Source: Gekko japonicus
Lineage: Eukaryota
Length of the DNA stretch: 64,000 bases
Direction: 5' to 3'
NCBI RefSeq assembly: GCF_001447785.1
Contig: NW_015163613.1
Location: 509,794 to 573,793 of the forward strand
Below are positions 50,529 to 61,236 of this stretch, piece by piece; position 1 is the first letter of the stretch, and each line of letters begins with the position of its first letter. The notes beneath the pieces are model-generated. The model was not told where the DNA came from. It searched no databases and saw nothing but the letters and a program-made list of their open reading frames with translations. The position numbers were made by a program, and so were the translations under genes.

Positions 50529-50851
50529 GATACATCTATATGGTTGTGTTAATTTTAATGAGTCCGCCAATGTTGGGGTATGTGACTGGTATCATTTCTC
50601 CATGGTTGGGGACAGAGAGAGGGTCTCGCCATGTTACCCTTTAGTATGCAGTGTCCCCAAGGGGTGATCCGCTCTCCTATGAGATTTAACATCTGTATTC
50701 ACCCCTCTCTCCTATGTAATTTAACATCTATATGCACCCCCTCACCCAGTTGGTCTGGAGTTTCAGGCTGGGCTGTTATCAGTATGCTGATGACACCCAG
50801 CTATATCTGTTGATGGGTGGCCAGCCAGGTACTGCCTGTGGCTGAGTGGTT

Positions 50852-51067
50852 AGAGAAGAAGAAGAAGAGATTGGATTTATACACTGCCCTTCAATACCCG
50901 AAGGAGTCTCAGAGTGGCTTACAATCTCCTTTCTCTTCCCCTCCCCACAACAGACACCCTGCAAGATAGGTGAGGCTGAGAGAGCTCTTTTGAGAACTGC
51001 TCATGAGAAAACAGCTCTGAAATAACTTTTAATTGACCTAAGGTCACACCAGCAGCTGCATGTGGAG
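50852..51067 (-). mobile_element. Squam3-like SINE lacking its tRNA head
   Basis: Colinear with 54983-55197; (TTC)n tail. Confidence 0.8.
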
Positions 51068-51205
51068 TTCTTTAAAACAATAATCAGGAGGGTATTACTT
51101 CTAAAATCTCTTGGCTGTCACCGCCAGGTAGGGTTTGGAAATTAGGGTTGTCACCGCCAGGTAGGGTTTGGAAATCTTCTGGAATTACTATGAATCTCCA
51201 GACAA

Positions 51206-51724
51206 CATGCTAGCACGGTTCAATGTTCTCCCCTCCGCCATTCTTGAGGGGAGATATAAGAAAATCCCTTATGCAATTAGATATTGCGGATGCAATAAGA
51301 GAGAACTAGAAACAGTTGAGCATGTACTTTTACGCTGTAACCTGCTAAATGACATTCGAGCAAAATTTCTGGAAGTCCCCCTTAGCAAGGTTGCATGCCA
51401 ACCGGATGGAAGCAAGCTACACTACCTCCTTACTTCCTGGGATTCGGAGATTATTGAATTGACTGCCAAGTTCTTTTATGCTCTTATAAAACGGAAAAAT
51501 GTCCCTGATCATTCTAACTGAGATCAATGAGTTGCATAATTTAATTCAAGGTTCTGCGGTTGGGCAAATTTTATCTTGCTATAATTTTAAGCTTATATAA
51601 ATAGCCATACCTTGTAATGCTTTTAGAAGTTATTTATTTTCCACAAATTTTAGAGGATTGTTTTACCCCAATGGCAACTGTTTAATATTTTATGCCAATA
51701 AAAGGTATTTGTTGTTGTTGTTGT
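51206..51724 (+). mobile_element. Short 3' fragment of the RTE-X-like LINE
   Basis: LARFNVLPS...CGC...EHVLLRC; AATAAA plus (TTG)n tail; 15-bp TSD TGAATCTCCAGACAA (51191-51205 and 51725-51739). Confidence 0.85.
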
Positions 51725-52881
51725 TGAATCTCCAGACAATGTAGATTTGTTCATCTCCTTTGAAAGGTGACCTGTATAACATTATACCCTGAAGAGATGC
51801 CTCCACTCCCAAAAAAACCGCCCTTCTCAGGCTCCACCACCAAAATCTTCTGGTATTTCCCAAGCAGGAGCTGGCAACCCTAATTACCATTGCAACATGG
51901 AGCTCTGACCTTGCAGAAACAATTTTTCACTACCTATCACATTGTTAGAGTATCATCTTGACCCATAGTGACACTGAGGAACGGGACAGAGGTGGCAGGT
52001 GAAATGTCTAAAAACACTCTCTTTGGATGAGCTTACACACTAGTACCAAATCTGAAAATGCAATGCGTATTTGCCTTTTGACACAAGGGATGCAGGCATT
52101 GGCACCCCTCTCTTCTTCTCTGCAACTCTCACTTAACATTTGTTTATTATAGAGAGAGATTTATTCAGATCCAGAATGAAGATCTGTCTGTGTAAAAGTC
52201 CTGCCGGTTAAGTTTACCAAAACAGGCCTCATTCTGCCGTAGCCAAGAGATTTTAGAAGTAATACCCTCCTGATTATTGTTTTAAAGAACTCCCCAAGTA
52301 ACAGTTGAAAAACAAAGTGTGCCTTATGGGCACCTTGTCAATCAATTATTCTGTTGTTCATGTTGTAGCTGCCATTACTGGAAGTTTACCTGAAAAAATC
52401 AATAGGACAAATGTGGTAGAAATATACAATGAGAGTGCTGTTGGAAATCCAAGCAATGAGACATGTTCCTACATAGAGGCTGTTAAGGAAAAAGAAACCA
52501 ACCGTCTCATGGCCTTATATTAGTATCTCTAGATTCTTTTAAAACTGATGCTCTCAGAAGTAAAGAACATGACAGCTTCGGGGTTATGCTGAATGTCTTC
52601 TGCACATTTTGAAAGGAAATAATGTTCTGTGCGTACAGTCTCCCTCATTATGAGAGAAAAATCAGTGAGACTGTTTCAGGAAAAGATAAAAAGCCTGAGT
52701 CCAATTTTTTTTAATAATCTTCCCCCCCCCGCCTTTTCAAAAAGCAAGCTCCAAGACCTCAGTATTCTGAAGAGAGTCATTATTATAAAAAGAACTAGTG
52801 AGGCATTGCCATTTGGATTTCCCTTATTTTAAGCATGCATTTCCACTAACCTCATGTAATGTACTAATGTATTCTTTACAG

Positions 52882-52998
52882 CTGGAAGAAGGATGGCTGG
52901 ATGATGAAAGGAATGAATTCTTAGAGGAGTTAAACTTAGAAATGTTGGAAGAGCAGCATAATGAAGCAGTGCAGTACACAGGCAATGAAGTGGAGCAG
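52882..52998 (+). CDS. PDZRN4: PDZRN4 internal exon, LEEGWLDDERNEFLEELNLEMLEEQHNEAVQYTGNEVEQ
   Basis: Acceptor ctttacAG and donor GTaggc; 117 nt, phase 0. Lies inside track ORF 52798-53013. Confidence 0.93.
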
Positions 52999-53624
52999 GT
53001 AGGCTCAACATAAAACATGTAGCTTGAAATGTTCTGAAGTGAATATTTTTAATAAACAGACAGTGCAATGAAAGAAAATAAGAAATTATATTCCTAGGCT
53101 TCACTACAACATTTCCACTAAGGTGCACAAATGGTAACAAATGAGAGTGATATATTTGGGAAGTAAACATGAAATATTAAGGGGAGAAGAGTAAGATTTC
53201 TTATTCACTCATGGCACTCCTATTATCTTAACTTCTCACCACATTAATTTGGCTTACTCCTTCTGCTCCTTCCACAATAATGTCCTGATATGTCACAAAT
53301 GTTTTCTTTTTTATTAAGTTTATGTGCATACCATATCTTCAGTAATGAAGCACACATTAACTCTGCCTTTAAAAAAAGACAAAACGAACCTGATTTCCCA
53401 GGTGCTGGGGTCTTTCCCCCACACATGAATGCTATATATAATCAGGATGCTATTGTAATGTTCCAGGTGTAGTGTTCGAATCACAGTATTAACCGCTAGC
53501 AAATAGTCAGGAGAATTATAAAGCAGCTATACACACCTTTCATTTTGAAAGGGCCATTGAGAAAGTGATTTCTCTTGTCTGCGCTTGCTTCAGAATTCCA
53601 CAAGTACCAACAGACGTCAGTTAA

Positions 53625-54810
53625 ATTTATTTTATTTATTTATTTTTAAACATTTTTACCCCGCCCTCCCCGCAAGCAGGCTCAGGGCGGCTTCCAGGGG
53701 GCTACAGCCCATACATAAAATCCATAAAACTATAAAACATAGCATCAATTAAATATAACAATAAATAAATAATGTTTCTTAACAAGATGGTCTTCAGCAA
53801 GATGGCGTCTCTGATCTTCAGTCAGTCCAATTGGGGTGCCACTCTCCAGTAGGTATTAATGTCGCGCAGGGTAGGCCGTACATCCCAGGGTGATCCAAAT
53901 CCCGTTGGAAATTCCACCGTTGGTGGTGGTGGTAGCGGCGGCCCCTACATAAAAGCCTGGTGGAAGAGCTCCGTCTTGCAGGCCCTGCGGAACTGCACAA
54001 GGTCCCGCAGGGCCCTGATCTCATCCGGGAGCTCACTCCACCAGGTAGGGGCCACCACTGAGAAGGATCTCGCCCTGGTCCATGCAAGTTTTACCTCCCG
54101 GGGGCCCGGAACCACCAACCGGCTCTGGGTCCCCGACCGAAGTGCTCTTGGGGGTATATGCGGGGAAAGGCGGTCCCTCAGGTAGGTCGGACCCTGGCTT
54201 TATTCTCACCCCTGTCTCCTCTTCCTTGGCAAAACCAGGAAATGGCCCCTCTGCTTCTTTTTGTCATCATCCTTGGGATCAGTAAATCTTGTGGGTATGT
54301 TTCACTTTTATTTCCCTGACATCCCAGCCTTCATTCTGTTGAGTTACTGGAATTTTTATTTATTTACTTTTTATTTTATTGGTCTTGTATCCTGCCGTCC
54401 CCGCAAGCAGGCTCAGGATGGGTTCCATCAGTCTCAATACAGTACACAATACATTTTAAAAACAATTTAAAACAGCAATATAAAACAACATTACTCTTAA
54501 AGAGCCATATATAATTTAGCCAGATGTCTCAGCAGTAGATGGTTCCTGGATCCAGGCCACCGAAAGAAGATCAACCGGGGGGGGGGATGTCCGCTGCCTC
54601 AGTCAAAAGCCTAATGGAAGAGCTCCATTTTACAGCCCTGTGGAATTGTAATAAATCCTGCAGGGCCCCGATCTCATACGAGAGCTGATTCTACCAAGTA
54701 GGGGACAGGGACTACCAAAAGATGTTGGTTGGTAGACCTCAATGCTCTACGGGGCTCATATGGGGAGAGGCGGTCCCAAAGATATGCTGGCCCCTCACCG
54801 TATAGGGCTA
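53625..54810 (-). mobile_element. Two tandem L2 3' fragments (~53625-54195 and ~54355-54810)
   Basis: (TTTA)n tails on the + strand; body similar to 33420-33630. Confidence 0.8.
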
Positions 54811-54982
54811 AATATCCCAACATTCATAATAATTGGAAATATTCAGTACATACCAAATATACTGTGAATTTCAAATACTTCCAGATCCTTATTGCACATC
54901 CCTAGTATTCATCTGATAATTGTGTGTGCGTGCACTGTCAAGTCACAGCTGACTTATGGCGATCCCGTAGTCCTATTGTTTA

Positions 54983-55266
54983 GAAGAAGAAGAAGAGATT
55001 GGATTTATACCCCGCCCTTCACTACCCAAAGGTGTCTCAGAGTGGCTTACAAACTCCTTTCCCTTCCCCTCCCTACAACAAACACCAGTGAGGCGGGTGG
55101 GGCTGAGAGAACTCTGACACAAACTGCTCTTTTTCAAGGACAGCTGTGCCAGAACTTGTGACTGACCCAAGGTCACATCAGCAGGTGCAAGTGGAGGAGT
55201 GGGGAATCAAACCCGGTTCTCCCAGATTAGAGTCCGCACACTTAACCACTACACCAAACTGGCTCT
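54983..55266 (-). mobile_element. Full-length tRNA-derived SINE (Squam3-like)
   Basis: Minus-strand box A TGGTGTAGTGG and box B GGTTTGATTCC; (TTC)n tail. Confidence 0.88.
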
Positions 55267-58200
55267 AGTTTAAAGACTATGCCGAACTTGCTGTCTTAGA
55301 ACAGCCACCATCTTTGTCGGGGAGGAGGATTGGCAGAATATGGTAGAGTGTCCTATGTTATTCTCTACCCCCTGTGTTTGTGAGTTCAAGTGCAGAAGAG
55401 CACATGTTTATGTGAAACATAAATGTTTTCATTGAAAAGACAACTCAGTATTGAACAGTTTTATGCTGTAGCTGATAGATCATTCTAGCTGTGCTAAATT
55501 CTGTATAGCAGATTGAGAGGACTGTGTTTCTTCCATCAAATGGTGATTAGAAAAGCCACTGTGCAGTAATATCCCAGTTTGTGGGTAGAGGTCTGGGAGT
55601 CCAATGGATTGTTTTGCATCAGGTTCCGTATGATTCATTCCCAGGGCTCAAGCCTAGAGTATATGCCATGATATGTATAAAAAGAGTTTCACTTAGCACA
55701 TGTGGAAGCTGTATCCCATACTTCTAGGGGAAATTATTTTCAGGATGGAAGGCATGGCAAACTTGTAGACAAACTTTAGCCCTGCCAACTCTCATGTTAG
55801 AAATCTCAAAAGTCTTGCTTTGTTGAAGCAGGTGGCATGAGAAAGGCCAATACATGCCAACACAACAGTTCAACAGTGGGAATTGGCATGAAGATCAATC
55901 AGATTGTAACCTTGGCACGGGAGAATTTGATGATAGACACCTTGAAGTGCTCCCTTCACTCAGAATTTATCATGTAGATACTTTTTGCCAACTTTCTGAT
56001 TTCATTTTTAATTTAGTTTACACTCGAGCATACTTTAATTGCTTTTATTCTAACTTTGGTGACCTATTGGCATCAATCTCTTCTAACAACGGTGCATAAA
56101 AGACTAGCTGGTGGGCTTGTGCTCTTGAAGGTAATAATGAGGCTTTTGTGTGTATGTCGCTAATTTCCCCCCCTGTCCATCACTATATGTCTGGATAGAG
56201 GAAAATAGCAATTACTAACGGAGTAGCCAACCTCTTTGAATCTGGTTCCCTGTTACTAGTATGCTGCATTTCCCCCACCCATCGCATTTGTTATTACTAG
56301 CCATTATGCTTAATTATGTAATTATACCTCTTAAAGGAGAAACCACATTTGCCTGGTGCTATGTGCACTTAGATTTATTGTAAATAGACTATGTGCACTT
56401 CGGATGAGAAACTGGGTAAGTGAAATGGGACAAAAATGCCTTCAGCTCTACTATTCAGTCTGAAAACCCTGCACCTCTTCAGTGCTCTGACAACTAATGC
56501 TTTTTGCATTAAAAGGTGCAATAAATAAGTGCAATTAATGCAGGGTGAGTTAAAAGGGATCCATAAAAATGCTTGACCTAATGCCCAAAGTAGGCAGACC
56601 ATTTTGTTTTAACTATATGGAAACCCAGCATTTAAGTTTTAACTCTTTTAATGTTTAACTCTACATTTTCTATGTAGAAAATCCAGTGACACACATAACA
56701 TTCTTTTGGGGGGCATATTCAAACCCAGGAACATACATTAGCAGGAAATTAGGGATCAAGATAAAGTGCTAGTAGCACATTACCCAGACTGCAAAATAGG
56801 TAACCTGCCATTTGGGTCGGTGAGTGACTGCCAGCTGTGCACTAACACTGTAGCTAGTGTTTGCACTAGACTTGATTTTTAGCAGAGCTAGAGCCACAGG
56901 GCCCGTTTACACGAGGTACATTTGCCAGAGTCAGTGGGAATATTCATTGTAGTATCCACCAAAGGACAAATATTACTCCTATTACCATTCCACATAGTAG
57001 TGGAATGCATAACTAGTGTATTTGAAATGCAGCAATGGGAAATCACAATTTGATTTCCTTATGGGATAAACAGTTACCACAGCCTTTCCTTGTGTCCAGT
57101 TCTGTCTATCAGAGGGATTTGTTAGCTTGATACACAAAGTCTAGGTGGAGAAATATTGGTTGATTGTACATCAGAAGGTGTATCTAAGTATAAATGTCAG
57201 TGCTGGATTGCTTTCAATAGAATGCACATATTGATGTATATTTGAATGTGTATCCCCCCCTACAAGTAATGATATTGCATGCGCTAGCCACCACTATAAC
57301 CCACATCCCTTTTCGAAAGTGCATCTTCAGGAAGAAAACTCCTACACTACACACATATACAGAAGTTGTTAAAAAACAAGAGTTACATGACTGTCCTCAG
57401 ACTTTGTTTGGATATATGTGGGCATTGTCCAAAAGATTTTTGAGGCAGAAAACTCTTCAGAAATAAGGGGGCAGGTTTCACACATCCAATTCAGCAAATA
57501 CCCCGTATTTCTTTGGAGGGTTTTGTCCAATACCATATGGTGATAGTAAACAGGTTGTATTTATGAGGATAGTTTTGTGCCAGTCCTGGTGCATTATCTT
57601 GTATTCCATCTACATGTACAATGGCTACTTTCCATTTTAATCTACTCTATCTTATTGGCCCACATTTATCAGAAGTTTTAAATCTTCTTAGTGAGGAAGG
57701 CAGGATTGTCATACACAAAGCCGTACTTGCTTGACAGTGGCAAGGTTCAAGGATGAGTTTATCAAAATGAGTTAAGTTGATTGTTATGAAGAGGTACTAA
57801 AGAAATATTTGTAGCATCCTTTTGAAATACGGAATCTGCATCTATGCATTTTATTACAGAAGTCTGTGACTAGTACAATAAAATCTGGATTGTTAATCCA
57901 AAGCAAAACAAAGCCATTTATCTAGTCAACTGCTTCCAAGAACTGCCTTGTTTCAGTTTAAATAAAATACATAATTCTTATCTTCATATTAAAATTCAGT
58001 GTGGGCCATTCATTCTAAGGCATTTTAATGCCTACAGTTGTGGAAGTGGTGATCCATATTTATCATATAAGAATAATTCATGCAATCCTGATCTTTGAGT
58101 TACTTTGTTGAGGAGGTGTAAAGAACAAAATGTCCTTTATGCCCTAGGATAGACAATGAGGCTGACATTGATATCTGCATCGGTGCTATATAGCACATGT

Positions 58201-58802
58201 GCAGCTGAGCATAGTGTGCTGTGTAGCTGTAATTGGGGCAGAACTGTGTAGTGGACAGGGAGTCACACATTTAACAATGTAGCTCCTAGATACTATTTAG
58301 AAGCTCTTGGACCTGTAATTATTTGTGTATCTCTGCCTTAGATGTTTAGTGGTAAGGTGAATGAAAGGGATGGAATTAATTAGAAACGTATTACTAGATG
58401 TGCCCCATTTAGAAAGAATAAGATATAGGGTCAGTGCAGTAACTTGAATTGTACTATGCACAGATACAACCAAAGGGGGAAAATGAAGAATTGTTCGATG
58501 AATGCTTTTAATGCTTTTTTACTTTTTTTTTAAACCATGTAAGGCAAATCACTATTATTCCCTTTTTACAGAAAGAACAACTAAGGCAGGAACCATGCAA
58601 TTTGCCCCAATAAATTTATATTTGAATTCAGTCCTGTCCCTGCTAGTCCAAATTCGGTACCCCTTTCCCACTGCACAGTACCAACTAATTCCCATAAACA
58701 TGCAGGTGTTTATATTATTTTAACTATGAGAAAACAGGAAGATGGATCTTACATGTAATGACTCTGTGATGTTTAGTGATCATGACCTGTTTGTTTTCCC
58801 AG

Positions 58803-60332
58803 CGAAAGAAACATGAGGAAGAAGATGGCACCACAGACACTGCTACCTCATCATCCAATAACAATGAAAAAGACAGTGGAGTGGGACCCACTGATGAGAG
58901 TCAGCGCAATGACGAAAGCTCAGAACAAGAGAATGTTCCAGAAGAGCAGAATACCACAACCCTCCAGAGCCAACAGGAGCTTGGAAAGAGTCAGGACACT
59001 TTGGGAAGCATCGAACTCCAGTGCAAAGAGAGCCTAGTGTCTGGTGAATACATCGAATCGGATAGTGTTACAGGTAACCAGAATGAGGACTGTGAAAGGT
59101 TTCGCCAACTGCTGGAGCTTAAGTGCAAGATCAGAAATCATGGAGAGTATGACTTGTATTACTCAAGTAGTACAATAGAGTGTAACAGAAGACAAAAAGA
59201 TGGGGTTGAGCATGAATTGCAGTTGCTTAACGAGGAACTAAGGAACATTGAGCTGGAGTGTCAGAACATTATGCAAGCTCACAGGCTTCAAAAAGTAAAA
59301 GATCAATATGGGGACATTTGGTCATTGCACAGTGGTACATTCAGGAATTTTAATACCAGCATAGACCTTCAAGGAGGAAAACTGGATGACATTATAGAGC
59401 ACCCAGAAAAATCCGACAAAGACACTTCCAGTGCTTACAATACAGCAGAGAGCTGCAGAAGCACTCCACTAAATGTAGATCGATCTCCTGATAGCTCTCT
59501 CCAGAGAATGATCAGCATTACCAACAGGAAAAATCTGAGGAGTACCATTGTGGCTAACCAGTTTTCTTCAAGACAGAATAGCAGGGATACAACCCCAAAC
59601 AAAACCAAAGCTACTGAGCAAAACAGTTCTCTCGAAGAAAAGGAAACAGTTTCAGAAAGTAGCAAATCAACAGAGCAAGAAAGGCAAAGCCCTGAGCATA
59701 TTCCTTATCTGTCCCCATACCATAGCTCTTCATACAGGTATGGGAACATACCCACACATGCTAAGCATTATCAAAGCTATATGCAGCTGATCCAACAAAA
59801 ATCTGCAGTGGAGTATGCCCAGAGCCAGCTTAGTTTAGTGAATATGTGCAAAGATTCACAGAAGTGTACAGAGCCCAAGATGGAATGGAAAGTGAAAATA
59901 AGGAGTGATGGGACAAGGTATATTACAAAAAGACCAGTAAGAGATAGAATCCTTAAGGAACGTGCCTTAAAGATTAAAGAGGAACGTAGTGGGATGACGA
60001 CAGATGATGATACAATGAGTGAAATGAAGATGGGTCGTTACTGGAGCAAAGAGGAACGGAAGCAGCACCTAGTGCGAGCCAAGGAGCAGAGACGACGTCG
60101 GGAATTCATGATGCGTAGCAGGTTAGAGTGTCTTAAGGAGAGCCCTCAAAGTGGCAGTGAGGGCAAAAAGGAAATTAATATTATTGAACTCAGTCACAAA
60201 AAGATGATGAAAAAGAGGAATAAGAAGATATTGGACAACTGGATGACCATCCAGGAACTTATGACACATGGTGCTAAATCTCCAGATGACACAAGAGTGC
60301 ACAATGCTTTTTTATCAGTTACTACTGTATGA
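58803..60332 (+). CDS. PDZRN4: PDZRN4 terminal coding exon (509 aa + stop), ending in class I PDZ-binding motif VTTV
   Basis: Acceptor ttttcccAG at 58801-58802; uninterrupted ORF. Carries LNX3/4-family blocks [54 protein letters not shown] and LDNWMTIQE; linker regions match PDZRN4 rather than PDZRN3 as recalled. Confidence 0.97.
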   Translation, partial: RKKHEEEDGTTDTATSSSNNNEKDSGVGPTDESQRNDESSEQENVPEEQNTTTLQSQQELGKSQDTLGSIELQCKESLVSGEYIESDSVTGNQNEDCERFRQLLELKCKIRNHGEYDLYYSSSTIECNRRQKDGVEHELQLLNEELRNIELECQNIMQAHRLQKVKDQYGDIWSLHSGTFRNFNTSIDLQGGKLDDIIEHPEKSDKDTSSAYNTAESCRSTPLNVDRSPDSSLQRMISITNRKNLRSTIVANQFSSRQNSRDTTPNKTKATEQNSSLEEKETVSESSKSTEQERQSPEHIPYLSPYHSSSYRYGNIPTHAKHYQSYMQLIQQKSAVEYAQSQLSLVNMCKDSQKCTEPKMEWKVKIRSDGTRYITKRPVRDRILKERALKIKEERSGMTTDDDTMSEMKMGRYWSKEERKQHLVRAKEQRRRREFMMRSRLECLKESPQSGSEGKKEINIIELSHKKMMKKRNKKILDNWMTIQELMTHGAKSPDDTRVHNAFLSVTTV

Positions 60333-60980
60333 AATCAACTGTTCTGAAAAAACAAGCCTACTACCAGTTTTGGTAGAGTACGATTGCCTCGTTGAAAGTG
60401 GCATTTTTATATATTTTGTGACTGTTTATATTTTGATCTTTTTTGTAAGCAAATTATTTGGTAATTTTGCATTTGTTTTTCATACAATAGTATTTTCTTT
60501 AACTGATAATTTTGCAGTCTTTCTTTACTCTGTAATATATTCATAATATTCCTTTCTATTTAAGAAAAATCCAAAAAGGGAGGAACTAATTACTTTCATA
60601 ACCAATTTTATGTACCGGAAGTTAAGAACTGGGTCTTTTCCTCTAGTTTTCTTTTTTAATACTTAACTAAAACTCCGATGCCAAAACAAAACTGCTTTAT
60701 ACTGTCTTCTTGCTTAATGGCAGTTTAAATTTTATACGTAGTAGATTGCATTTGTTCATAAATCACATACCTCATCTCCTCATGAGGCTTAAGAATGACA
60801 TTTTGCTCAACAGCACACTGTACAGTTAATTTAATTTTAAAATTGCAATTGTCTTAGTCCAAGTAAAGTGTAAGTGAGCAATCCTCCTGTGATATGTAAT
60901 GGCATTGGTCGTGTAGCTAGATAATCTGTGGTAATTGTGAAGATCAAAGAGAAATAAATTATTTCTTATCTTTAAGAACA
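60333..60980 (+). promoter_or_regulatory. PDZRN4: PDZRN4 3'UTR with candidate poly(A) signal AATAAA at 60953-60958
   Basis: AU-rich sequence after the stop codon; AATAAA followed by T-rich sequence. The exact 3' end is inferred. Confidence 0.6.
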
Positions 60981-61194
60981 AATATTAAGGGCTGCTTTGA
61001 TTTTAGTTTAAGTTACTCCTGCATACATGATCTTTGAAGGCTAGGTCAAAGGTATTTGTTTATACATGATGAATATTCATGTGGAATCCTTATTTATTTG
61101 TCCCTCACAGTTTTTTAGCAGATTTCCAACAGTACAACTATGTTCAACAGATATCATCTGGAGACAGGAGGAGGGTGGGATATAAATCGAAATG

Positions 61195-61195
61195 G

Positions 61196-61235
<40 letters not shown>
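61195..61235 (+). repeat. (GAT)n microsatellite at the end of a SINE remnant
   Basis: About 13 consecutive GAT units. Confidence 0.9.

Positions 61236-61236
<1 letters not shown>

Noticed and set aside
51064-52293. DNA transposon with 53-bp TIRs
   Set aside because: There is no TSD, and the interior is a mix of unrelated repeats and unique DNA.
55195-55266. tRNA gene
   Set aside because: The A and B boxes belong to the head of a Squam3-like SINE.
58776-58802. N-terminal MIMTCLFSQ of the 518-aa ORF
   Set aside because: This is the intronic polypyrimidine tract and AG acceptor; the exon starts at 58803.
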